From NCBI RefSeq assembly GCF_009914755.1, contig NC_060927.1: a stretch of DNA of 64,000 bases. One strand, 5' to 3'. Source of the DNA: the human T2T-CHM13v2.0 reference genome, Homo sapiens. Shown piece after piece: positions 1 to 15,692 of the stretch (positions are counted from its first letter, which is position 1; each line of letters begins with the position of its first letter). Below the pieces are notes generated by a model. The model made no database searches. It saw only the letters and a program-made list of their open reading frames with translations, and had not been told where the DNA came from. A program made the translations under genes and the position numbers.

Positions 1-150
1 AGGTTCTTACTAACAATATTAGATTGTTCCTAGTCCCTACCCTAGATTGACTAAATTAGAATCTTTGGTGTGTTGGATCCAAGAATCTATTTTTAAAATA
101 AGCATACTTAGCGATGTTTATATGTATTAAGTGATGAGATTCATTGCCCT
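1..150. mobile_element. MER5-like hAT-Charlie DNA transposon fragment (degenerate)
   Basis: Resembles the MER5A core (ccctaccctagattgactaaattagaatct...ccaagaatctatttttaaa); recognised by eye only. Confidence 0.4.
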
Positions 151-1321
151 AAAAATGAAAATAGAATACTATTTATTGGTCACTATAAATCATTGAGCTA
201 GTAATTGTTTGATAGTTAGTGCAAAGTCCACGTTTCAGAAATTTAAACACTTTTTTTGCATAGAGACTGAGCCATAAGGGTCAGTGCCCTTCACCTCATC
301 TTCTCATTGATCATCCGAGGACTTTCAGGAATATTCAGCTAAATTTTTATATGCGGAGGTCTTTAGCTAAATTCTGATATAATTTTGACTAAGATTACTA
401 GTAAGTACTCAAGGGGACAGATTTTAATCCTCATTTAGAGTGATGTTAGGCTTCATTTCATTATAGCAACTAGAATAATTCCTGGCTCTAAGTCTTCTGT
501 AAATATTTGATGATAAGATTAATTATTTTATTCATCTCTTTATTCACAGAACCTAATACAGTGTCCAACTATCAATATATATTTTTTGACAACAATTGAT
601 GAGAATTCTACTAAACTCACTCATGTCATGCGAATTGACCAGTGGGTAGAAACATTTGAGAATCCTATCTCAAGTAGATCATAACTAGTAATAGTATTGA
701 TTTTATTTCTCCCCGATATACTATCTAAGCTATAATGTTCATTATTCAGGGATTTTTATTTGAGCTATTCATTGCCAGGATAAAACTTCAATTTTATATG
801 AAAACTGTAGGGAAAAAGAGGTCAGAGAAATAATTTAGATTAAAAAAAGTAGCAGAAATTTTTTCCTCCTAGAGACCTGCCTTATCACGTGTAGTCAAAA
901 TATAAAGCTAGTTCCTGTTATGGGTAAAATTTTAAAGTGCTGAAGTGTATCAGTCTCACTTTGCTCCCCATTATTTCATTCATTGTACTTTCTGGGGCCC
1001 TTTCCTTTGGGTTACCCTCCCACCAGGCACTCCTTCATTCAGGATCTCACATCCTTCTTGGGCTCCCACTCCTTTATGCCTGCTTCTGCAGAACAACTCC
1101 TGAGAGCATCCATTAACTGGGTTTTTCATTGCTATGTCTCTCATTCGTTATTCTCTTCATCTTGAGCCCAAACTGTCTGCACCTCCCAAAAGGTCCATTA
1201 AATGAAAGGGCAGACTAGAAGCCATTCAGTGATTCTCTTCCAAATAACAAGTACTTTGTATCAGCAGTCTCTGATAAAATGGGGGTCCCCTGGTGAGGCC
1301 TAAAACAAAAGTATCCCACTC

Positions 1322-1323
<2 letters not shown>

Positions 1324-1368
<45 letters not shown>

Positions 1369-1380
1369 CTCTCTCTCTCA
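1324..1380. repeat. Compound microsatellite (CA)~20 then (CT)~7
   Basis: Directly visible. Confidence 0.97.
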
Positions 1381-1929
1381 CTCACTTTGTCTAGGTTCTG
1401 TCACCCACTCCCTGTTGTAACCTTTCTCTGTCCTCTCTTTCCAGAATAAGTTTAGGAGAGAGACAAGAACTGCATGAGTGCAGACTATAGGTCTGAAATT
1501 TATAACTTTGTCCTTGTCACTTCTCCTTCCAAACGTCTCACCTCCAAAACTCAGATGGAGCCAGCTGCTTCAAGATGCAGACAACATCATCTTTTTTTTT
1601 AAACTATAGTGCAGGCAATCATGGTTTACAAACTAGTTTGAAGTATACAAACTCACCTTACTCAGCTAGATCGGATAAGTTACAACTCTACAGACTCAGC
1701 ATATTAAGTTAAAAATTGCTTAAAGCACTGTGCCAACTCTTCAATGTCTTTCTTATTTCACTTTCTAGGCAGGGCAGCAGATTTTTTCTCAGTCATTTTG
1801 AATTGCTCTATTTTCTTGTCATTATAATCTTAATTCTTCTATTTCAGTATCAAGCCATCTATTTCAAATTATTCTTAATAATGAGAATCTCTGGTTCTGC
1901 AGAAGAACACTGGGAAACTGACAGTCAGG

Positions 1930-2670
1930 GATCCGTATTTTTATTTTACAGATGTCTTTTCTGGGCATCTACTGAGCACTGGTATGAGATCCGATCCTTG
2001 CTTCCAATGATATATACAGTTCAGTAGTGGGCAAACACATTTATGGACAACTTTATTATAATAGGATGTATAGTATTGTTTATATAGATATTGATATATA
2101 GCTATAAATATATATGACATTTAAGCTGGAACATAAAGGATAAATCCAATTTCACCAGTCAAAGAAAGGCAGGTAGGTTACTGCACAAAGAGAAACACTA
2201 TGAGAAATGGCATGGAGATACAGATATATCTTATTCAGGAAAGCAAGAGCCATTCGTGGTGAATAATGTGCAAAGTTGGAATAAAAAAATGAGGAAAGAT
2301 GACGTTGAAAAGATAAGGGCAGAATGATATGCTAAAAATGCATGAACTTTCTTTTGTGAGCATTTCTGTAGGAAATCAGATGGGAAGTTGCTACTGTTCA
2401 TAGTGAGAAATGGTGAAGACCACAGTTTACAGGGATAAAAAGGGGAAAATAGATTTGATGTTCCTTTGGGAGATAAGAATCTCCAGTAGTCGGTGACTAA
2501 TGTGTTATGTAGGTTAAGGGAGAAGAATGAGAACCTCAAAATGCCTCCACAGTTTCAAGTGTTAGTGAGTGATGAAAGAGTTTATTATGAACTGAGATTG
2601 AGTACTCCAACAAAAAAGATTTCTGGGTGGGAGTCATGCTTAGTTTTGCTATTTAGAGAAGGAAATTTCT
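1930..2670 (-). mobile_element. L2 LINE fragment (ancient)
   Basis: Degenerate L2-like motifs (actgagcact...tatatacagttcagtagtggg...gacatttaagctggaac). Confidence 0.45.
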
Positions 2671-2688
2671 ATTAGAAAATCAGAACTG

Positions 2689-2992
2689 AGCTGGGCACGG
2701 TGGCTCACGCCTGTAATCCCAGCACTGTGGGAGGCCGAGGCGGGCGGATCACGAGGCCAGGAGATCGAGACCATCCCGGCTAACACAGTGAAACCCCGTC
2801 TCTACTAAAAAAATACAAAAAATTAGCCGGGCTTCGTAGCGGGCAGCTGTAGTCCCTGCTACTCTGGAGGCTGAGGCAGGAGAATGACGTGAACTCGGGA
2901 GGCGCAGCTTGTAGTGAGCCTGGATGGCGCCACTGCACTTCAGCCTGGGCGACAGAGCAAGACTCCGTCTCAGAAAAAAAAAAAAAAAAAAA
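2689..2992 (+). mobile_element. AluY-like SINE, full length
   Basis: Dimeric Alu with AluY diagnostics (gagatcgagaccatcc, ggctaacac, gcagcttg), A-tail, and TSD agaaaatcagaactg at 2674-2688 and 2993-3007. Confidence 0.95.
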
Positions 2993-3007
2993 AGAAAATC
3001 AGAACTG

Positions 3008-3326
3008 GACTGGGCGCAGCGGCTCATGCCTGTAATCCCAGCACTTTGGGAGCCTGAGGCAGGAGGGTCACTTGAGCTCCGGAGTTCAAAACCAGCCTGG
3101 GCAACACAGGAAGACCCCATCTCTGCAAATAGTTGTTTTTAAAAAATTAGCTGGGCATGATGGTGCATGCCTGTCATTCTACCTACTCAGGAGGCTATGG
3201 CAGGAGAATCACTTGAGCCTGGGAGGTCCAGGCTGCAGTGAGCCATGATTGTGTCACTGCACTATAGCCTGTGTGACAGAGCAAGACCTTGTCTCAAAAA
3301 TAAAATGAAATAAAATAAATAAAAAT
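3008..3326 (+). mobile_element. AluJ-like SINE, full length
   Basis: AluJ-type features (cacttgagctccggag, ggctgcagtgagccatgat), heavy CpG decay, (TAAAA)n tail, downstream TSD agaaaatcagaact at 3327-3340. Confidence 0.92.
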
Positions 3327-3509
3327 AGAAAATCAGAACTCAGTAGAAAAATTAGGGTTGAGATGTTTGCTTGTGATTTTTTTTTTTTTAGGATAAAAGC
3401 TATAAGGAAGTTTGGAGCTGGGCGGGAAGAAGACTGAGTAGGAAAGCTTAGTCAACACCTACTGTTAAGAAATACATGGTTAATTATTTCTTAAAACTTT
3501 AAAACTCAG

Positions 3510-3815
3510 TTCAGTTAACATTCCTTCCAGGATGCCTTTCCTGATATTCAATCCCAACAATTAGGTGTTCTTTCTTCCTACCTTCAATCTTACCTCTTTT
3601 ACACTAGTATTATACTTAGCCACAATATTATGTTAGTTCATTTGCTTTTATTTTATCCCCGCTGAAGAAAAGTGTCTAAGAGTGGGACTGTGTCTTATTC
3701 AATTTTGTGGTCCCAGAACATATCTCAGTTCTTAGCACAGAGTAGAAGTGTAAGCACTAGTCTTAGCACCTAGTCTGCTAGGATAAATAAATGAGTGAGC
3801 AAATAAATGAGTGAG
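3510..3815 (+). mobile_element. L2 3' end fragment
   Basis: gggactgtgtcttattc...cttagcacagagtag...aaataaatgagtga, typical of the L2 terminus. Confidence 0.55.
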
Positions 3816-4303
3816 ACAGCCATTATCAGGCAAATGTGTAGGCGAGAAGTAGAATGAAGACAAGACAGAATTTCCAGAAGATGAACAGTATGAAATGTTA
3901 GAGAGCAGTCAAGTAGAGTGAGATTAGAAGAAGGACTCTATTATTAGATTAAGCAAATAATATTTAATTGTAGGATTTATAAAAAATTTCAGGGGAGGGG
4001 GTCAGAATTAGGTTCATTGATAAGTTTATGAAAGGGAGAAGGTGGTTGTGGCAACCATTGACTATACATGGATAAATTTAGAAAAATAAGGAAAGGTGAA
4101 TCTATAGATGTTTATATTGGGTGGCAGATCTTATATTTTAGGAAGACAGAAACTTAAAAATGCTTGACAAATGATACATATTTGCAGGTGAGGTAAACTG
4201 GAAATGAATGTAGAAGGAGCTGGGAATGAAGGCTATGGTAATAGAATAATCAAAAAATGGGGAGAAAGGTACCTTACAGTTTTACTGTTTTTCAGTCTTA
4301 CTT

Positions 4304-4331
4304 TACACACACACACACACACACACACACA
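4304..4331. repeat. (CA)n microsatellite
   Basis: Directly visible. Confidence 0.95.
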
Positions 4332-6183
4332 GCTACATGTATAGCAGGAATTTCCTAACAACTTGTTGATCAACTAATAAGAGGTTGAACAGTTCATACG
4401 AAATGCTAGCAGAAGAGAGGGCACCATTTTCTGTGGTTACTCTGAGATTTCAGGAAGCTTCAACCACACTACAGGGAGAGGAGGAATAATAACTGGCAAG
4501 CTATAAGAGGTGGTTGTCCAGCCACATGCTTAGGTTGAGGATGGTATCATCTGGATATTGTTCCCTAAGTATAGAAATGTGGAATGTGCCATTCCCAATT
4601 AAGAGTCTGATACATCCTATCTGTTTTCCTAATAACAGTGGATTTTTCAGAGTCAGGTAGTTGTGACATTCTCATTTACTGTGCAATTCAGTTTATCAAA
4701 GACAAAGTCTAGCTTGCCAGACTTGCTTCTCTCTAGCTTCGAGACAATCAGCTCATGACCCCAAACAGGAGACACATAGCCCCCAGGGGCTTCAAATATT
4801 CTTTGTCATAAAATCACCCAGTTCCGTTTAAAACCCTGCCAGCGAGCTTGGTTCAGTGATCTCTGCAGCTGTGACTTCAACAGGTTAAAGCTACATCTTG
4901 TGAAAAGTGTTCATTTGTTCTAAATTTACCACCCACTAATGCCATGGAGTGACCCTTTGTTCTCCTATGAAGCAACCAAACAAAAAGCAAGAGAAAATAG
5001 CAGCCCAAGCTCAGGTAAGCTTGATGCTGCAGTGTTTTCCCCTTTCTTGTTCTCTTCTATTTGTAGGTAAATAAGCATCCAAGCTCCTGTCTGCAAAATT
5101 CATCCCAAGCTCCCACCACCTTGTCAAACTCTTCAAGGGAAACATTATTGCCTTAATTGCTTAAGCCCAATTTGCATAATATGGAGCTCTGACAGCCACA
5201 AAAACAGGGATGCAAAAAGGAGATTAACAAGTGAGGAGCACGCTTAGCCAACCCTGTGCAGTTTGGAAATGAGAGCAGAGAAGAATTCATCGGATGGGTG
5301 GGTTAGCTGTTTGATCCGCTCCCAGTCCCTCCCCGCTGTACCTCCTTCTCCCCATCCCACCTTCAGGTTTGTTTGTTTTTCATTTGCATGCATTGGCTCC
5401 TAGCATGTGCCCATGTGCCCAGACTGTTAATTGCCATTCCTAGCAGAGCCTCCTTCAGGCCCTGGTAAAGCTCAGGCAGCATCAGCCAGTACAGATTTAA
5501 ACACAGCCTTTCCTCTTTACACCAAGCTCATCCAAATATCCAAAATGTTAACACTGCTTGGGAAGGCAGGGACAGTGTCTTAGTCACCTTTGTACCTTTA
5601 GTGTCTTTTTATAAAATTAAATTGATATCTCTTTGGAAGAGTCATGGATAGTCAACTCCCATCAGGAACCTCCTGTGCATGGCTGGCAGAGTGCCCCAGT
5701 CGCCACAGCAGAATTCTGTCTGTGCCATTCTCTCTCAGAGTATTTTGGGCTGCTTGTTGCCTACAGGTTAATGGACCCCTTAAAATAGCCTCAAATCCAG
5801 ATCCAGACACCCTGCATTACTTCTGTAAAAGGAGAATGATCTACTTACTCAGGCTCTTGTGCAGGAGACATAGAAACTGAATGCTGTGTTTCATAGCCAC
5901 TCATAGAACCAGCTGAAGCTGTTCAAGTACGGTGGACTTTGAGTGACTCTTTTCCCCTCAGTATTAACACCTTGACTGGACCTAACTGAAGACTCTTTCC
6001 TGACCAAGGAAAAGTGAGACTTATTTTAACCATCTGTGGAGAGAACAATAGATTTATTCAGTCCTCTCAAGGATGCTAGCTTTTCATGTTTAACTGGCAC
6101 AAACATCAGTAGTGTTTTCCATTCTATTACTCAGAAAACCTTAACATTTCCTCCTCAGCCAACTACTTAGTGGTGTTTCTTGA

Positions 6184-6925
<742 letters not shown>

Positions 6926-7134
6926 CACCCTTTTTTTGGCTCATTCCTAAATATATTCAACACTAGTTCCAGTAACTCCTACTCCGGGAAGCCTTTCCTA
7001 CTCTTCAGTAAACTCCCCTAGGATGCTACCTCCTTGCCTTCTGGCCTGGAAGTTCTCACCTCTGCAAATTAAGTATTCAAGTCCCCAATCATTAAGGGTA
7101 AGCACCACTGAAGTTATAGAGGAAAGGACACATA

Positions 7135-7576
7135 GAAATGTGTTCTTTGTTGCTGAAGTATATAAACACGATTGATTTTTGTGTATTGATTTTGTGTCCA
7201 ACCACATTTTAAAACTATTTTAGAGGTTCTAAGAGTGTTTAAATCCTCTAGTTTTAGAGAATCATATTTTCTACAAATAATAAGAGCTTTATTTCTTGCT
7301 TTCCAATCTTCATGTCTTTTATTTTCCTTTCATGTCTTGCTGCACTGGCTATGAAGCTTTCAGCAGTATGTTGTCATATTGAGCACGTTTGTCTTATTCC
7401 TGATACGCAAGGCAATATTTAATTTCACCATTAGGTATTTCATTATGTTCTCTTCAGTAGATTTCCTTTATGAGGTCAAGAAGTTCCCTTCAATTCTAAT
7501 AGACAAAATGTTTTTATCATGAATATATATAGAATTTGATTAAATGTCTTTTCTCAATTTTTTATACGTACATTTT
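7135..7576 (-). mobile_element. Old L1M ORF2 fragment (host of the young L1 insertion)
   Basis: Degenerate match to the L1 RT region (gatttttgtgtattgattttgt...ctgcactggcta...gaagttccctt). Confidence 0.6.
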
Positions 7577-7705
7577 CTCAAATTTCTTTTTATTTATTTT
7601 TTATTTTTTTATTATACTTTAAGTTTTAGGGTACATGTGCACATTGTGCAGGTTAGTTACATATGTATACATGTGACATGCTGGTGCGCTGCACCCACTA
7701 ACTCG

Positions 7706-11659
<3,954 letters not shown>

Positions 11660-11707
11660 TTATTTTGCTCGTTAGTTGATGCAGTTTCTTCCTAGTCTCG
11701 ATGGTCT

Positions 11708-12720
11708 TTACATTTTGGCATGATTTTGCAGCGGCTCGTCCCGGTTGTTCCTTTCCATGTTTAGCGCTTCCTTCAGGAGCTCTTTTAGGGCAGGCCTGGT
11801 GGTGACAAAATCTCTCAGCATTTTCTTGTCTGTAAAGGATTTTATTTCTCCTTCACTTATGAAGCTTAGTTTGGCTGGATATGAAATTCTGGGTTGAAAA
11901 TTCTTTTCTTTAAGAATGTTGAATATTGGTCCCCACTCTCTTCTGGCTTGTAGGGTTTCTGCCAAGAGATCAGCTGTTAGTCTGATGGGCTTCCCTTTGA
12001 GGGTAACCCGACCTTTCTCTTTGGCTGCCCTTAACATTTTTTCATTTCAACTTTGGTGAATCTGACAATTATGTGTCTTGGAGTTGCTCTTCTCGAGGAG
12101 TATCTTTGTGGCGTTCTCTGTATTTCCTGAATCTGAACGTTGGCCTGCCTTGCTAGTTTGGGGAAGTTCTCCTGGATAATATCCTGCAGAGTGTTTTCCA
12201 ACTTGGTTCCATTCTCCCCATCACTTTCAGGTACACCAATCAGACGTAGATTTGGTCTTTTCACATAGTCCCATATTTCTTGGAGGCTTTGCTCATTTCT
12301 TTTTATTCTTTTTTCTCTAAACTTCCCTTCTCGCTTCATTTCATTCATTTCATCTTCCATCACTGATACCCTTTCTTCCAGTTGATCGCATCAGCTCCTG
12401 AGGCTTCTGCATTCTTCACGTAGTTCTTGAGCCTTGGTTTTCAGCTCCATCAGCTCCTTTAAGCACTTCTCTGTATTGGTTATTCTAGTTATACATTCTT
12501 CTAAATTTTTTTCAAAGTTTTCAACTTCTTTGCCTTTGGTTTGAATGTCCTCCCGTAGCTCAGAGTAATTTGATTGTCTGAAGCCTTCTTCTGTCAGCTC
12601 ATCAAAGTCATTCTCCGTCTAGCTTTGTTCCGTTGCTGGTGAGGAACTGCATTCCTTTGGAGGAGGAGAAGCGCTCTGCTTTTTAGAGTTTCCCGTTTTT
12701 CTGTTCTGTTTTTTCCCCAT
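11708..12720 (-). pseudogene. LINE-1 ORF1, inactivated
   Basis: ATG at 12720 (MGKKQNRK). W34 is TAG at 12619-12621, R110 CGA is TGA at 12391-12393, and a 4-bp deletion lies near 12042 (span 1013 vs canonical 1017 nt). Fragments appear in the ORF track at 12031-12363 and 11708-12037. Confidence 0.95.
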
Positions 12721-13619
12721 CTTTGTGGTTTTATCTACTTTTGGTCTTTGATGATGGTGATGTACAGATGGGTTTTTCGTGTGGATGTCCTTTCTATTTG
12801 TTAGTTTTCCTTCTAACGGACAGGACCCTCAGCTGCAGGTCTGTTGGAATACCCTGCCGTGTGAGGTGTCAGTGTGCCCCTGCTGGGGGGTGCCTCCCAG
12901 TTAGGCTGCTCGGGGGTCAGGGGTCAGGGACCCACTTGAGGCTGTCTGCTGTTCTCAGATCTCCAGCTGCATGCTGGGAGAACCACTGCTCTCTTCAGAG
13001 CTGTCAGACAGGGACATTTAAGTCTGCAGAGTTTACTGCTGTCTTTTTGTTTGTCTGTGCCCTGCCCCCAGAGGTGGAGCCTACAGAGGCAGGCAGGCCT
13101 CCTTGAGCTGTGGTGGGCTCCACCCAGTTGGAGCTTCCCGGCTGCTTTGTTTACCTAAGCAAGCCTGGGCAATGGCAGGCGCCCCTCCCGGAGCCTCGCT
13201 GCCGCCTTGCAGTTTGATCTCAGACTGCTATGCTAGCAATCAGCGAGACTCCTTGGGGGTAGGACCCTCTGAGCCAGGTGCGGGATATAATCTCGTGGTG
13301 TGCCGTTTTTTAAGCCGGTCCGAAAAGCGCAGTATTCGGGTGGGAGTGACCCGATTTTCCAGGTGAGTCTGTCACCCCTTTCTTTGACTTGGAAAGGGAA
13401 CTCCCTGACCCCTTGCACTTCCCAAGTGAGGCAATGCCTCGCCCTGCTTTGGCTCGCGCACGGTGCGCGCACCCACTGACCTGCGCCCACTGTCTGACAC
13501 TCCCTAGTGAGATGAACCCAGTACCTGAGATGGAAATGCAGAAATCATCCGTCTTCTGCGTCGCTCACGCTGGGAGCTGTAGACCGGAGCTGTTCCTGTT
13601 CAGCCATCTTGGCTCTTCC
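12721..13619 (-). promoter_or_regulatory. L1 5'UTR: internal sense promoter, antisense promoter, YY1-site variant
   Basis: CpG-rich ~900 bp matching the L1PA2/L1HS 5'UTR. The YY1 box reads CAAGATGGCTG (13601-13611, minus) versus canonical CAAGATGGCCG. Confidence 0.9.
13172..13366 (+). CDS. L1 antisense ORF0, 64 aa (canonical 71 aa, truncated by TGA at splice donor 2)
   Basis: MAGAPPGASLPPCSLISDCYASNQRDSLGVGPSEPG...RVGVTRFSR*. Donors fall after nt 106 (13277) and nt 191 (13362), as described for ORF0. Confidence 0.85.
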   Translation: MAGAPPGASLPPCSLISDCYASNQRDSLGVGPSEPGAGYNLVVCRFLSRSEKRSIRVGVTRFSR

Positions 13620-13929
13620 CTCAAATTTCTATATTTTTAGAAGTTTGTGAGTTTTTGAAATAATTTAGTTTGTTCCTATGCATATAGTTTTCCAGTCTTT
13701 TTGAATATGCTGGATTATGGAAGCCAGTAAGGTTCAAATTGATATGTTTTGTGTACACTGTGGTTTCAGTATGTGTGTATGTTTGTATGTGTGAAGAGTA
13801 AGAGGGGGGCTTTGATGTCGGAGAAGTAAGACAAGCTAAGGTGGAGCCCAAACGCAAACAGTGATCAATGACTTGGCTGGTATTTCATCTTTAGTCTAGG
13901 GTCTCTGATTGAACAAATACATTTTGGGA

Positions 13930-14249
13930 TTTATTTATTATTTATTTATTTATTTATTTATTTTTGAGTTGGAGTTTCACTCTGTCCCCCAGGCTGGAGC
14001 GCAGTGGCACGATCTCCGCTCACTGCAACCTCCGCCACCCGGGTTGACGCCGTTCTCCTGCCTTAGCCTCCGAGTAGCTGGGACTACAGGCATCCGCCAC
14101 CTTGCCCGGCAAAATTTTTTTTTGTATATTTAGTAGAGACGGAGTTCCACCATGTTAGCCAGGATGGTCTCCATCTCTTGACTTCGTGATCCGCCCACCT
14201 CGGCCTCGCAAAGTCCTGGGATTACAGGCCTGAGCCACTGAGCCCGGCC
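13930..14249 (-). mobile_element. AluY-like SINE with (TTTA)n tail, transversion-rich
   Basis: gttagccaggatggtctc and gactacagg are Y/Sc-type diagnostics; ends agcccggcc at 14249. Confidence 0.92.
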
Positions 14250-14375
14250 GAGATTTTATATTTTTTTAATTGTTCATTCAATAGGAACCTGTTTACAAAT
14301 AAATAATGTGCCTTTGGCATTTGTGTCTCACGTTTCATTTGTGATGCTGTTGATGATGGTGATAATGATGATGAT

Positions 14376-14922
14376 TTTGATGGTTAATATTGATATCGAG
14401 TGTTAACTTGATTGGATGGAAGGATGCAAAGTATTGTTCCTGGGTGTGTCTGTGAGGGTGTTGCCAAGGGAGTTTAACATTTGAATTAGTGGGTTTGGAG
14501 AGGCAGATCCATCCTCAGTCTGAGTGGGCACCATCTAATCAACTGCCAGTGCGGCTTGAATAAAGCAGTCAGGAGAAGGTGGAAGAGCAGGCTTGCTGCG
14601 TCTTCCGGCCTCCATCTTTCTCCATGCTGGATGCTTCCTACCTTGAACATCAGACGGCAAGTTCTTCAGCTTTTGGACTCTTGAACTTACAGCAGTGATT
14701 TGCCAGGAGCTCTCGGGCCTTTGGCCACAGACCGAAGGCTGCATCGTCGGCTTCCCTACTTTTGAGGTTTTGGGACTCGGACTGGCTTCCTGGCTCCTCA
14801 GCTTGCAGACAGCTTATTGTGGGACTTCACTTTGTGATTGTGTGAGCCAATTCTCCTAATAAACTCCCCTTCATATATACATATATCCTATTAGTTGTGT
14901 CCCTTTAGTGAACTCTAATATA
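14376..14922 (+). mobile_element. MLT2A2-like solo LTR (HERV-L)
   Basis: tgatggttaatattga...cttgattggatggaaggatgcaaagtattgttcctgggtgtgtctgtgagggtg...ctaatata; near-TSD atgat/aggat inside a (GAT)n tract. Confidence 0.85.
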
Positions 14923-15035
14923 AGGATGATGATATGGAAACATAAATACACAAATATAGGCCAGAAGTAGAGCAAATTTCTAATAGTAAATAACAATGAA
15001 AAGTCAGAGACAGATAATTAAAAAAGCAGTAACTA

Positions 15036-15692
15036 CAAAGGAAATGAAATCAGTATGTCGAAGAGATATCCAGCTTTTATGTTCATTGCAGCACTGTTCA
15101 AAATAGCTAAGATAAGGATTCAACGTCTATGTCTATCAACAGATGAATGGATAAAGAAAATGTGGTACATACACACAATGGAATACTACTCAACCTTAAA
15201 AAAAAAACAGCAAAAACAAATCCTGACATTAACAGCAACATGGATGAACCTGGAGGACATTCTGTTAAATAAAATAAGCCAATCACAGAAAGACTAATAA
15301 CACATGATCTCACTTATATGTAAAATCTAAAAAATGCTAAACTCATAGAAGCAGAAAGAAGAATGACGGTTACCAGGGATGGGAGGAGGGGGAAGGATTG
15401 GCAAGATGTTGGTCAAAGGATACAAAATTGCATTTAGACAGCAAGAATAAATCTAAGATACCTATTTTATAATATGATGACTATAGTTCATAACAATGTA
15501 TTGTATACTTGCGAATTGCTAAGACAGTAGATCTTAAGTGTTCTCTCCACAAATAAATCATAAATATGTGAGGTAATGCATATGTTAATTAGCACAATTT
15601 AGCCATTCAAAAATGTATACATGTTTCAAAGCATCATGTTGTTCACCGTTAATATAAACAATTGTTATTTAATTTTAAAAAATTGATAAATA
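15036..15692 (+). mobile_element. L1MA-family 3' fragment (ORF2 end plus 3'UTR)
   Basis: ORF 15055-15297 (FMFIAALF..DEWIKKMWYIHTMEYY) is the ORF2 C-terminus, followed by an L1MA-type 3'UTR. Confidence 0.85.

Noticed and set aside
2749-3142. ORFs of 123 and 72 aa, and similar ORFs at 6170-6966, 13909, 18583-18938, 25164-25641, 26895-27150, 45188-45813, 53134-53972 and 54931
   Set aside because: All are translations of Alu sequence ([20 protein letters not shown] motifs), not genes.
5010-5072. Strong donor CAG|GTAAGC followed by polypyrimidine TAG|GTAAAT
   Set aside because: The implied 52-nt intron is too short, no exon or ORF context supports it, and such motifs occur by chance.
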